From a virus (taxonomy: Duplodnaviria > Caudoviricetes): DNA of 64,000 nucleotides. The notes under the pieces are model-generated. The model ran no database searches and was not told the DNA's origin. It saw only the letters and a list, made by a program, of their open reading frames with translations. Positions 9,223 through 20,930 of this stretch are shown piece after piece; position 1 is the first letter of the stretch, and each line of letters opens with the position of its first letter. The stretch is taken from IMG/VR virus record IMGVR_UViG_3300027759_000001. One strand, written 5' to 3'. Both the position numbers and the translations under genes were made by a program.

Positions 9223-10154
9223 AAATAGTAGTAACAGGAGGAGCGGGGTTTATAGGATCCGCATTTATAAATCACCTATTAGATAACTTTGAATGTGATG
9301 TTCTTTGTGTTGATAAACTAACATACGCTGGTCGTAGAATGAATATTAAACACAATGTTTCTTTTTTACAAAAAGACATTTGTGATGTAACGGAAGATGA
9401 ACTTGGTGATTTTGATTACATGGTTCACTTTGCTGCTGAGTCTCACGTTGATAATTCAATTAAGAATGGGTTACCATTTGTTAGAACTAATGTTGAAGGA
9501 ACATTTAATTTATTGGAGATATCAAGAAAAAATAAGAACCTTAAAAAATTCATACACATTTCAACTGATGAGGTATATGGTGATATGGATGAACACATTG
9601 CAATTAATCATACTGCAACTGAAGATGATAGTTTAAAATCTAGTTCCTATTATTCTGCAACTAAAGCGGCATCTGATATGTTAGTGTTATCTGCTAATAG
9701 AACTTATGGTTTACCATATATCATCACAAGAACTTGTAATAATTTTGGTGAACATCAGTTTGAGGAAAAATTCTTACCAACAATTGCAAGATCTATCGGT
9801 GAAGGTAAACCAATTCCAGTTTATGGTGACGGATTACAAGTTAGAGAATGGATGTATGTTTATGATAATGTAAAAGTCATTTGTGATTTAATGTTTGACG
9901 ATGAGATTGTAAATACCACTTATAATATTGGAACAACTTTCAGAGTGACAAATTTGGACATTATTAAAAATATTTCTTATATTTTAAACAAAGAGGTTGA
10001 TGTTAAATACGTTGAAGACAGATTAGGTCATGATAGGAAATATGGTCTTAATTGTACAAAATTAAGAGAATATTATATAACTAAAAATGGGGAGGTTCCT
10101 AAGTTTTTAAATTTGTTTGATTACTTAGATAGACAATATGGTGGTGAAAAATAA
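9219..10154 (+). CDS. rmlB: dTDP-glucose 4,6-dehydratase
   Basis: VTGGAGFIGS, HFAAESHVDNSI, ISTDEVYG, YSATKAASD, DRLGHDRKY; start moved to 9219. Confidence 0.95.
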   Translation: MKIVVTGGAGFIGSAFINHLLDNFECDVLCVDKLTYAGRRMNIKHNVSFLQKDICDVTEDELGDFDYMVHFAAESHVDNSIKNGLPFVRTNVEGTFNLLEISRKNKNLKKFIHISTDEVYGDMDEHIAINHTATEDDSLKSSSYYSATKAASDMLVLSANRTYGLPYIITRTCNNFGEHQFEEKFLPTIARSIGEGKPIPVYGDGLQVREWMYVYDNVKVICDLMFDDEIVNTTYNIGTTFRVTNLDIIKNISYILNKEVDVKYVEDRLGHDRKYGLNCTKLREYYITKNGEVPKFLNLFDYLDRQYGGEK

Positions 10155-10458
10155 AAAAGGTTTATCAAAAGAGATAAATGTGTTGGGAGCAATAACAACT
10201 CCCGGTGAACTTATTCGTGAAACCCTTATTAATTTTATGTGGGGATTTCTTGGAAATTCAATTGTAGTTTTTGTGTCAAAAGAACTGGACTTTTTGGTTT
10301 TAATCAACTACATTGCTTATTACATATTAATTTCTTATATTGTTAATAGGAAGAAATATGAAACTATGTTGGGTAAGTTTATTGTTTTACCGGGTTCGGC
10401 CGCAATAGGTGCCTTCACAGGATATAAACTAGCTCAAGCAATAACAAGTATAATTTAA
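10138..10458 (+). CDS. small multi-pass membrane protein
   Basis: Three hydrophobic segments. Confidence 0.7.
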   Translation: MVVKNKKGLSKEINVLGAITTPGELIRETLINFMWGFLGNSIVVFVSKELDFLVLINYIAYYILISYIVNRKKYETMLGKFIVLPGSAAIGAFTGYKLAQAITSII

Positions 10459-10464
10459 ATAAAA

Positions 10465-10671
10465 ATGAAACTAACAGAAGAACAAAAAAATCATATTCAG
10501 GATCAATATGATGCCTTAAAACAAACTGATAAAGAGTTTGAGGAAATACACGATATGATTGTTGAACATTGTGTGGATGAATACATTGTTGACTTATCAG
10601 ATGATGAGGATGGAGACCTTTACGAAGAGTTTTCAAATGAAGTATGGGATTATTTAGAAAGTATTAAATAA
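10465..10671 (+). CDS. acidic hypothetical protein
   Basis: ORF. Confidence 0.7.
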   Translation: MKLTEEQKNHIQDQYDALKQTDKEFEEIHDMIVEHCVDEYIVDLSDDEDGDLYEEFSNEVWDYLESIK

Positions 10672-10677
10672 AAAAAA

Positions 10678-11526
10678 ATGATAGAAACAGGAAAAATTAT
10701 AAGTGGAGATTGTATTGAAGTAATGAAAACATTACCTGAAGGATCTGTGGACTTAATTTGTACATCGCCTCCATATGGAGTCGGTATTGCTTATGATGTA
10801 CACGACGACGATGTTGAATTTGATGAGTATTTAGTATTTGCTAAGAACTGGTTAACTGAAGCGTATAACGTATTAAAAGATGATGGTCGTATTGCACTTA
10901 ACATTCCTTATGAGATTAACAGACAAAAAAAAGGTGGGAGAATTTTCTTTGTTTCTGAGATGTATCAGTTAATGAAACAAATTGGATTTGGATTCTTTGG
11001 TATCGTTGATCTTGAAGAACAATCACCACATAGATCTAAGACAACGGCATGGGGTTCTTGGATGAGTCCATCAAGTCCGTATATTTATAATCCAAAGGAG
11101 TGTGTAATATTAGCATACAAAAAACACCACATTAAAAAGGTTAAAGGAGAACCTCAGTGGAAAGGGACACCTACTGACATTGAACAGGAAGATGGGTCAT
11201 TAAAGAAAAAAATTGTATATGAGGAGAAGGATAAGAAAGAGTTTATGGAACTTGTGTTTGGTCAGTGGAATTACTTTGCAGATACTAAATCACTCACCAA
11301 GGCGACTTTCTCAATGGACATACCGACCAAGGCAATTAAGATACTATCCTACAAGAACGATGTAATATTAGATCCATTTGCTGGTTCAGGTACAACATTA
11401 GTAGCGGCTCAGATATTAGAACGTAGATGGTTAGGTATTGAGTTAAGTGAAAATTACAAACAAATTGCCGAAACAAGAATTAATTATTTCAAAGCTTTAG
11501 AACAAATAAAAGAACTCCCACTATAA
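10678..11526 (+). CDS. beta-class N4-cytosine/N6-adenine DNA methyltransferase (orphan)
   Basis: TSPPY precedes LDPFAGSGTT; no cognate REase nearby. Confidence 0.92.
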   Translation: MIETGKIISGDCIEVMKTLPEGSVDLICTSPPYGVGIAYDVHDDDVEFDEYLVFAKNWLTEAYNVLKDDGRIALNIPYEINRQKKGGRIFFVSEMYQLMKQIGFGFFGIVDLEEQSPHRSKTTAWGSWMSPSSPYIYNPKECVILAYKKHHIKKVKGEPQWKGTPTDIEQEDGSLKKKIVYEEKDKKEFMELVFGQWNYFADTKSLTKATFSMDIPTKAIKILSYKNDVILDPFAGSGTTLVAAQILERRWLGIELSENYKQIAETRINYFKALEQIKELPL

Positions 11527-11547
11527 TCAATGGGAGTTTTCCTTTTT
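11513..11547. terminator. terminator between convergent genes
   Basis: AACTCCCA...TGGGAGTT + T-rich tail. Confidence 0.75.
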
Positions 11548-11625
11548 ACGTAGTATTTATAACAAATTGTTTAATATGGAAGATGAATATGACAACGTAT
11601 GGGGTGATCACGTTATATGTCAATT

Positions 11626-12177
11626 TTAATTTATTGAAATCCATTTATTTTTAAAGTTATGATTACTTGAGCAATATCTTGCGTAATCATTAACCAATGG
11701 TCTTCCTGTGTTATAACATCCACATACGATAGTCCAGTCTTTGTATAACGTATATAATCTATTAAGTAATTTCATACTTGTTTCAACATTCAACTCAATA
11801 TCGTTGGTTAATCTTTTTTTGGTGTAATTAACTTTATTAATGTAGTCAGATGTTGCTGGCATAATTTGCATTGGGCCAACCGCTCCGGCAAATGATTCTT
11901 GATACGGGTTATAATTCCAATGGAAAGGACCTAAGTATCTTGTCTCCATATAGGCCACATTGTACGCAATATACTTTGGTATATGATATTGATCACTATA
12001 CTTTTCAATCAGTTCGTACATTCTTATTGATGTTGGTGATTGAACATTTGAATGATAGTTTGATTCTGTGAAGATAGAATCATTTGAGGTTTTCACATTT
12101 GACATTATTCCAAAAAATATGAATACCCCAAGACATAAACCAAGATAAGTTATTTTTGTTAATTTAAGGATATTCAT
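11626..12177 (-). CDS. SLT-type lytic transglycosylase with N-terminal membrane anchor
   Basis: METRY, GAVGPMQIMPAT, CYNTG; hydrophobic N-terminus. Confidence 0.88.
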   Translation of the reverse strand: MNILKLTKITYLGLCLGVFIFFGIMSNVKTSNDSIFTESNYHSNVQSPTSIRMYELIEKYSDQYHIPKYIAYNVAYMETRYLGPFHWNYNPYQESFAGAVGPMQIMPATSDYINKVNYTKKRLTNDIELNVETSMKLLNRLYTLYKDWTIVCGCYNTGRPLVNDYARYCSSNHNFKNKWISIN

Positions 12178-12183
12178 GGTTTT

Positions 12184-12501
12184 TTATTTTGATTTGTTAA
12201 TATAAATGTTATTAGCGTAAAGTTTAAAGATTGATACGCCAATTGAATCTTGGTAAACGGTATAATCACCTGTGGTTTTATCAATCACAATTAGATGATT
12301 ATTTTCATCTATTGCTAAATTAACTTGAGACCTATTAACTTTAATCATTTGAATGGTTGGTTTCTTAGGACCGTATTGTTGGTTATATAAATAACCTACC
12401 GAGAATCCTCCCAGTAAGGATGCCACTACAAAAATTACAACACCCATAGATTTAAATGTTGATTTCTTTGTTTCTAAAAAATTTGCGATTTTTTCTTTCA
12501 T
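12184..12501 (-). CDS. single-pass membrane protein, possibly lysis-associated
   Basis: N-terminal TM, co-oriented with the SLT gene. Confidence 0.65.
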   Translation of the reverse strand: MKEKIANFLETKKSTFKSMGVVIFVVASLLGGFSVGYLYNQQYGPKKPTIQMIKVNRSQVNLAIDENNHLIVIDKTTGDYTVYQDSIGVSIFKLYANNIYINKSK

Positions 12502-12586
12502 AATATATATTTTTAATTGGTTTAAGCTAATTTACATAAAAACATTGGATTTGCAAACTTTTTTTTGTTGAAAACTATTTATAACT

Positions 12587-14143
12587 ATGAAGAAAAAGTT
12601 AATAACGGAATCGGGAATAAGAAACATCAGGGAATTATCTAAAAGATACCCTGAGGCTAAGATATATTTTCACCAAGATTTAGATGGTGTAACCACTGCT
12701 TTAGGTATGAAAAATTACTTAGAACAAAATGGAATCAAAGTTGTTGACTCTGAGATTATTCAATATGGTGATAAGGAATTCGCAATTAAGAAGTTGGATG
12801 CTGAGGGTGATGTTATGCCGGTGTTAGTTGACTTTGCTCATGGTAAACCAATGTTTATTATACACACTGACCACCACGATACACAAGCGGGAGTTGAACA
12901 AGGTACCTCAACTAATTTTAAATCTTCAAGATCTAACGTTGAGACAATATCCCAAACCGTATCTCCAAGAGATATTTTCCCATCTGACGATATCACTTTG
13001 ATATCTACGGTTGACTCAGCAAATTATGCTCAATATGATATTAGTCCTGAACAAGTAATGAACTATTTGTTTAAGGTAGATAAAGATCAATCACTACAAA
13101 AAAACAAAATGATAATGGGTATGGTTGCTAATAAATTATTATTGGCATTTAAAAACAAACCAGGGTTCTTGGAAAATATTGTAATGAATGCAAATCCATC
13201 GTTATTAAGTATATTGTTAAACATCAGATCTCAGATCAAAGAAAAAAGTTATGCTGATGTTGGAGATTTAGAAAAAAACAAAGAGAGTTATGTTCAAACA
13301 ATGAAAACTCACAAAAATGTTAAAGTTGATGATAAAATTATAGTTCAGTATGGTGGGGGTAGTATGATGAAACCAGGATCATATGATAGATACACACCAT
13401 TCAGAAATAATCCTGATGCAGACTTCTTGGTGATTGCTTGGCCGTTAGGGTTGGTACAAGCGTCTTGTAATCCATTTAAGAAAGAAAGAGCACTTAAAGG
13501 TGTAAACTTAGGTGAGATCAAAGATGATGTCTTAAACAAGTGGAAATCACAATTACAAGATAAGGACATTTCATTATCTACAATAAAATGGATATCAGAA
13601 TCAGGAAAAGGTTTTGGTGAACAATCAGTTGGTTTTACATTCAGAGATTTTAACGCCTTATATGGTAAAGAATTTAAACAAATGGCCGATGGGGAAGATA
13701 TCCTTGGTGATGTTGAAGTGGCAATGAAAAAACCATTCAGTGATTTAACAGATAAAGAAATGAGAATGTTAGATTCTATTAGTGTAAACGCTTGGGATCT
13801 AATTCAATCCAATAGTGGTGGACACAAATGTATTACAAATATTTCTGGGTTGTCATACTTAGGTAGATCTAAAAGACCACCTAAGGGTAAATACAAATAT
13901 AATGAAGAGTCAGAGGATTCTCCTTATATTAAATTTACTAAGATGGTACAGAATGAATTTGTTAGAGTTTTAAAAGCAAAAATTGATGAAGACGGTGGTG
14001 ATAGATATGAGCCGAATTTTGAGGTTGAAATGACGGAACACTCAAGGTCATTAAGTAACGCTAGAAAACAAGGACAAGGATTAAGATTTCCAAAGTCGGC
14101 AGTAAAATCAAATCAAATGAGATTTAGACCAAATAATAGATAA
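12587..14143 (+). CDS. DHH/DHHA1-family phosphoesterase with leader and basic C-terminal tail
   Basis: HQDLDG, VDFAH, TDHHD, VDSAN, SGGHK. Confidence 0.8.
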   Translation: MKKKLITESGIRNIRELSKRYPEAKIYFHQDLDGVTTALGMKNYLEQNGIKVVDSEIIQYGDKEFAIKKLDAEGDVMPVLVDFAHGKPMFIIHTDHHDTQAGVEQGTSTNFKSSRSNVETISQTVSPRDIFPSDDITLISTVDSANYAQYDISPEQVMNYLFKVDKDQSLQKNKMIMGMVANKLLLAFKNKPGFLENIVMNANPSLLSILLNIRSQIKEKSYADVGDLEKNKESYVQTMKTHKNVKVDDKIIVQYGGGSMMKPGSYDRYTPFRNNPDADFLVIAWPLGLVQASCNPFKKERALKGVNLGEIKDDVLNKWKSQLQDKDISLSTIKWISESGKGFGEQSVGFTFRDFNALYGKEFKQMADGEDILGDVEVAMKKPFSDLTDKEMRMLDSISVNAWDLIQSNSGGHKCITNISGLSYLGRSKRPPKGKYKYNEESEDSPYIKFTKMVQNEFVRVLKAKIDEDGGDRYEPNFEVEMTEHSRSLSNARKQGQGLRFPKSAVKSNQMRFRPNNR

Positions 14144-14145
14144 TA

Positions 14146-14493
14146 TTAATCTTGTAATAATATAGTATCACCTTCGGCAATATCATATTTTGTACAAGAA
14201 CCACCTTTGAGTTCTAATATCATATCACCATTACCAGTATAACGATCACACTCAGGTGTTTTACATGGTTTACAATTATTATGTATTTTGGTAATTTTAT
14301 TCCCATTAATGAAAATTATATCCAAAGAGATAATACAATTCTTCATCCAAAAGGAATGGTCACCTTCCTTCATTATGAATAACATACCATCAAACGTTTT
14401 GTCAAATTTTTTACCCATCATACCTTTTTGTATGTCTTTAGTGGTCATCACACATTTGACATTGAATAAATTATTATTTACTATTAACTCCAT
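14146..14493 (-). CDS. DUF192-family protein
   Basis: KGMMG...GMLFI...FWMKNCIISLDIIFI...ILEL. Confidence 0.9.
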   Translation of the reverse strand: MELIVNNNLFNVKCVMTTKDIQKGMMGKKFDKTFDGMLFIMKEGDHSFWMKNCIISLDIIFINGNKITKIHNNCKPCKTPECDRYTGNGDMILELKGGSCTKYDIAEGDTILLQD

Positions 14494-14516
14494 ATAGTTA
14501 TAAATATATTCTTATT

Positions 14517-14927
14517 ATGAAATCAAATAGAAGTTCAGGTGTAATATTAAAATTTGGTGATAAAGTTTTATTATGTAAACGTGCTGACCACGAAACTTAT
14601 GCCGGAGAATGGTTTATTCCAACAGGACATTTAGAAAAAAATGAAACACCAAAAGATTGTGCTTATCGTGAATTTTATGAGGAAACAAACATTAAGATTG
14701 ATCAGGATATAAGTTTGGTTGGATTCATAACAAAGAAAAATAAAAAAGGAGAACCAAAGGGTTTAATTTATGTGTATTTATATGAATCTGATAAAAAAAA
14801 GATGCCAAACTTGGATAAGGCAGAAGATGGTCACGAACATTCAGATTGTGGGTTTTTTACGTTAGAAGACCTTCCTGTAGAAAAAAATGAGGAGTTATAT
14901 AAGATTTTAACAAAAATTTTATCTTAA
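14517..14927 (+). CDS. NUDIX hydrolase
   Basis: GHLEKNETPKDCAYREFYEETNI. Confidence 0.92.
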   Translation: MKSNRSSGVILKFGDKVLLCKRADHETYAGEWFIPTGHLEKNETPKDCAYREFYEETNIKIDQDISLVGFITKKNKKGEPKGLIYVYLYESDKKKMPNLDKAEDGHEHSDCGFFTLEDLPVEKNEELYKILTKILS

Positions 14928-15111
14928 AAGTAAAAATTCATTGACTTTTACTAAATTAAACTATATTTATATTACACAAAAACAGCCAATACCCTTCCTT
15001 TCTACGAATTAATTGGTTTATCAATATTAATCCCATATTTTTTGAGAAAAAACTATGGGATTTTTTATGCCGTGTCAATTTTATTTGTATATTTGTAGAA
15101 ATAAAAAACAT

Positions 15112-15303
15112 ATGAGCTCAATTCCTTTATACATTGTTGTTAATAGTCACTTAAGTGATTCACTTATTGAAATTGGTTTTAACCCTGAATTAGCGAGTAA
15201 AAGAATTCGTTTTGTGAAGGTGTTAACGAATATGTTCTCTGATCTTAGTCAGAGAATTGAAGAGGATGAATTAAATCGTATTTGGAAAGAAAAAATTATA
15301 TAA
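15112..15303 (+). CDS. hypothetical protein
   Basis: Start placed after promoter at 15088. Confidence 0.7.
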   Translation: MSSIPLYIVVNSHLSDSLIEIGFNPELASKRIRFVKVLTNMFSDLSQRIEEDELNRIWKEKII

Positions 15304-15305
15304 CT

Positions 15306-15638
15306 ATGGGAACTTACATACACACATTCAAGAAAAAATTTAACAAGAAAGTAACAATTGATGGTAATCCTGTTGTTGTTGGACAAGCAACATTTTTATG
15401 TCGTCAAGATTGGTCAGGTAATTACTCACCATCTGAAAGTAGAGAAATGACAAGAGCTTACGCTTTGACTGAAAATGATCAACCTGAATACATTACATTT
15501 GATGGTGAGATGGTTTATAAAAATAATAAAAAAGGTGTATGGTCAGACGGATCTGGTTTTTGGGGTGGTATTGACCACAAAAATGATTTTGTTGGTACAC
15601 TAAAAAAAGTGGGTAGAAAATTTGTTATTGTCAAATAA
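15306..15638 (+). CDS. hypothetical protein
   Basis: ORF. Confidence 0.7.
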   Translation: MGTYIHTFKKKFNKKVTIDGNPVVVGQATFLCRQDWSGNYSPSESREMTRAYALTENDQPEYITFDGEMVYKNNKKGVWSDGSGFWGGIDHKNDFVGTLKKVGRKFVIVK

Positions 15639-15655
15639 TTTAGTATCTTTGTTAT

Positions 15656-15931
15656 ATGAATAAAATGGGTTTCAACATAAAAGTAGTTAGTGATAAGTTC
15701 GGTGATTTAATCAACGAGACATTCATGGATCAGACACAATTCAAAATCTTTTTGAAGATGGTGCACGGAGCATTGGTATTAGAAGAAGACTTAAGTTTCT
15801 TCAATGGAGATACATTCTTGGTTCACATCCCAAGTAAAGTATTGAAAGACTCTGTTATTTTTACAAACGTTAGACAAGTTTCTTTAACTGAACAAGTTAA
15901 AAGTAAAATTGAGGCGTTGGTAACAATATAA
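15656..15931 (+). CDS. hypothetical protein
   Basis: ORF after promoter 15644. Confidence 0.75.
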   Translation: MNKMGFNIKVVSDKFGDLINETFMDQTQFKIFLKMVHGALVLEEDLSFFNGDTFLVHIPSKVLKDSVIFTNVRQVSLTEQVKSKIEALVTI

Positions 15932-15996
15932 TTGTTTCCTTGTTTAGAAAAATAAGGTGGTGGAGTCAGACAAATATTCAATGTCGGGCCTAAAAT

Positions 15997-16019
15997 GGGA
16001 ACTTAGGTTCCCTTTTTTT
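15997..16019 (+). terminator. intrinsic terminator
   Basis: GGGAAC-ttag-GTTCCC + T7. Confidence 0.88.
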
Positions 16020-16078
16020 ATTTATTTTTTATTATATGGTTATATTTATATAATAAATAAATTTAATAAGCAATATTT

Positions 16079-16291
16079 ATGTTACCTAAAATAAAATTAA
16101 CGGAAAGTGAAATCAGAGACATTTTGAGTAAACATGGTGTAAAGACTAATGTGTTGGTTGAACAAACTCAAAATTATACTACTGCGGATATTCAAAATTG
16201 GTTAAATTCTAATAAAAACGCAGGATTAGATGTTGACGGTAAATTGGGAATTTTAACGGTTAAGGCCATAAAAAATGCGTTAATGGGATAA
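16079..16291 (+). CDS. small peptidoglycan-binding-domain protein with leader
   Basis: IQNWLN...LDVDGKLGILTVKAI. Confidence 0.75.
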   Translation: MLPKIKLTESEIRDILSKHGVKTNVLVEQTQNYTTADIQNWLNSNKNAGLDVDGKLGILTVKAIKNALMG

Positions 16292-16294
16292 GAT

Positions 16295-18448
<2,154 letters not shown>

Positions 18449-18469
18449 TAAAAAAACAATAAATTTATT

Positions 18470-18494
18470 AAGGGAGACAAATCTCCCTTTTTTT
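18470..18494 (+). terminator. intrinsic terminator
   Basis: AAGGGAGA-caaa-TCTCCCTT + T run. Confidence 0.88.
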
Positions 18495-18521
18495 ATGCCG
18501 TTTTTTTTGTATATTTGTACT

Positions 18522-18941
18522 ATGGAAAAAATGTTATACATTGTTAGAGGAATACCGGGAAGTGGTAAGTCTACATTTGCAAAAAAATTAGTTGGTGATG
18601 ACTTTTTAGTTTGTGAGGCAGACAAATATTTTATTGATAAAGAAACTGGTGAATATAAATTTGATCTTTCTAAAATTAAAGATGCTCATAAATTCTGTCA
18701 AGATATGGTGGAAACTTATATGAAGGATTCGTTATTAAATGACCATTTTTATACGGAAATTGCGGTATCTAATACGTTCACACAAGAGTGGGAAATGGAA
18801 CGTTATTATGAATTGGCAAAACAATATGGATATAAAGTGTTTTCAATAATTGTGGAAAATAGACATGGTGGTCTAAATGAACACGGTGTCCCTGAAGATA
18901 AAATAGAATTAATGCGTAATCGTTTTGAAATAAAATTATGA
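18522..18941 (+). CDS. P-loop kinase (AAA_33 / polynucleotide-kinase-like)
   Basis: IVRGIPGSGKST, CEADKYF, VSNTFT, HGVPEDKI; start at 18522 after promoter 18510. Confidence 0.85.
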   Translation: MEKMLYIVRGIPGSGKSTFAKKLVGDDFLVCEADKYFIDKETGEYKFDLSKIKDAHKFCQDMVETYMKDSLLNDHFYTEIAVSNTFTQEWEMERYYELAKQYGYKVFSIIVENRHGGLNEHGVPEDKIELMRNRFEIKL

Positions 18942-19594
18942 TGAAATTTGATAAAATATTAACAACAGGTAAAGTGTGGGTTACATCGGACACACACTAC
19001 AACCATAAAAACATTTGTAGAGGAGTTACCGATTGGAGAACACTTGATGGAAAAGTACCGGAATATAATACAAGAGATTTCCAAACGTTAGAACTAATGA
19101 ATAACACATTAGTTAACAATATCAACTCAAAAGTTGGTCAGGACGATACTTTAATTATGTTGGGTGACGTTGCGTTTGGTGGTTTTGAGTTTATTAAAAT
19201 TTTCTTGGATCGATTGGTATGTAAAAACATACACTTGGTTCTTGGAAACCACGATCACCATATCAGAAACAATAGGGATAACATTAAAGATATGTTCTTA
19301 TCTGTTAGTGACTACTTACAGGTTAATATTGACGGACAGAATTTTGTAATGTCTCACTATCCATTTGAAAGTTGGAATGGACTTGGTAAAGGTGTTGTTC
19401 ACCTTCATGGTCACGTTCACTTACCGATAGGTAGAAAGTGGGGTAAAGGTAAAAGATTGGACGTTGGTGTGGATGGTAACAACTTACACCCATATCGTAT
19501 AACTGAAGTTGTACATATGATGGATAAACGAGACATTGTTCCTGAAATGGATGGTGATCATCACTTAGATGATATAGTTGGGGTTGTGGGTTAA
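18938..19594 (+). CDS. calcineurin-like metallophosphoesterase
   Basis: SDTHYNH, LGDV, LGNHD, SHYP, LHGHVH. Confidence 0.92.
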   Translation: MMKFDKILTTGKVWVTSDTHYNHKNICRGVTDWRTLDGKVPEYNTRDFQTLELMNNTLVNNINSKVGQDDTLIMLGDVAFGGFEFIKIFLDRLVCKNIHLVLGNHDHHIRNNRDNIKDMFLSVSDYLQVNIDGQNFVMSHYPFESWNGLGKGVVHLHGHVHLPIGRKWGKGKRLDVGVDGNNLHPYRITEVVHMMDKRDIVPEMDGDHHLDDIVGVVG

Positions 19595-19620
19595 ATCATA
19601 ACTCCAATATATTTATTACT

Positions 19621-20139
19621 ATGGATGATATGTTTGCATACAACTCACAATTTTTACCTGGAACACAAATTACCGTTGTGTTTAAGGAAAATCCAAATTA
19701 TAGTCAATTAAATGAATTTTTTAATGAGTATGGTTATGGATTTTATGCGCCTGAATTTAAAACAATTTTTATAGACGGTGAGATTTTTTTAGGTGAGGAT
19801 GGATTAACTATGGATGATTTACGTTTTATTGAAGCTCACGAAATATCACATTTAATATTAAAACATGATGGTCCAAGATCTGAAAATGATGAATTAGAGG
19901 CGGATCTAGGTGCATATATTCTTTTAAAGAATAAAAATTTATCAACTGATCGTCTTATTGACGAGTTTGAATATAGACACGGAATAGAATTCTCTGAAGA
20001 TCTTATAAATAAGATTGGAGATAAATTCCCACATACATTGAGAGAGAATAGTATAATCAATTGGGAACTACATCAACAACTGATGGAAAAAAAATACGGT
20101 AAAAGAAAAATAGAAACCGAATTTAAATTCAAAAAATAG
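19621..20139 (+). CDS. HExxH zinc-metallopeptidase-like protein
   Basis: AHEISH...ELEAD. Confidence 0.65.
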   Translation: MDDMFAYNSQFLPGTQITVVFKENPNYSQLNEFFNEYGYGFYAPEFKTIFIDGEIFLGEDGLTMDDLRFIEAHEISHLILKHDGPRSENDELEADLGAYILLKNKNLSTDRLIDEFEYRHGIEFSEDLINKIGDKFPHTLRENSIINWELHQQLMEKKYGKRKIETEFKFKK

Positions 20140-20178
20140 TTTGTAAAATCTAAAATAATTTACTATCTTTGTTCTTAT

Positions 20179-20370
20179 ATGAAAACCCCATGTAAGGAAT
20201 GTCCTCACGTTATTAAAAATCGTCATAATGATATGATTGTGGAGTTCGGTAAAAGAACAGGAAAGAAACATAATTGTCATATGACCGAAGGGGTGAAAGA
20301 TTTGTGGAATATTAAAAACAAAAAATTAGAATGTTATGGATCAAAGAGAGATGATTTACGGAGTGTGTGA
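20179..20370 (+). CDS. small Cys/His protein
   Basis: PCKECP...HNCHM...C. Confidence 0.7.
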   Translation: MKTPCKECPHVIKNRHNDMIVEFGKRTGKKHNCHMTEGVKDLWNIKNKKLECYGSKRDDLRSV

Positions 20371-20557
20371 TAAGACAGGGAAATGTGATTCCTATTTTGG
20401 GTTCTTCAAAAATGAGAAAGATGCGGAACACGAAGTTGAAATCCAATCCAACAGACTTAAGGAAGACTTGGGTATGATGGATATTGACATTCAAACAGAC
20501 CGAGCATTATTCAATGGTAAATTAGTAATAGTAATTCATAGATACGTATTAAGATGA
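20336..20557 (+). CDS. hypothetical protein
   Basis: ORF. Confidence 0.65.
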   Translation: MDQREMIYGVCDKTGKCDSYFGFFKNEKDAEHEVEIQSNRLKEDLGMMDIDIQTDRALFNGKLVIVIHRYVLR

Positions 20558-20916
20558 ATACAAGAGAAACTAAATTTGGAACATATATAGAAATGGAAAC
20601 AGAAACAAGCACAAAATTAACTGGTGATAAAATCACAGTATTTGTAGAAAGATTGAAAAAAATTGGAATTGAAGTTAAACTCGTTGGTAACTTTCCTTGG
20701 GTTTATATTGATGAAATCTGTGGTATCAGAGTGAAAGAGAAATTTGCGGGTAATCACGGGTTTACTTTAATATTTTTACCAGGTAGAAACGATAGTCCAC
20801 CATCTGATTTTACAGATATTGGAGAGACATTCAAACTAATACGAAAGTATAGTAGAGAGGCTCTTTTGATAAAAATGATGAAGGATGATCAAGAACTTGG
20901 TTTATATGACATTTAA
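20554..20916 (+). CDS. hypothetical protein
   Basis: ORF. Confidence 0.7.
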   Translation: MNTRETKFGTYIEMETETSTKLTGDKITVFVERLKKIGIEVKLVGNFPWVYIDEICGIRVKEKFAGNHGFTLIFLPGRNDSPPSDFTDIGETFKLIRKYSREALLIKMMKDDQELGLYDI

Positions 20917-20930
20917 AAAATTTATAAAAA

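Noticed and set aside
10678-11526. Complete restriction-modification system
   Set aside because: No endonuclease is adjacent; an orphan methylase is common in large phages.
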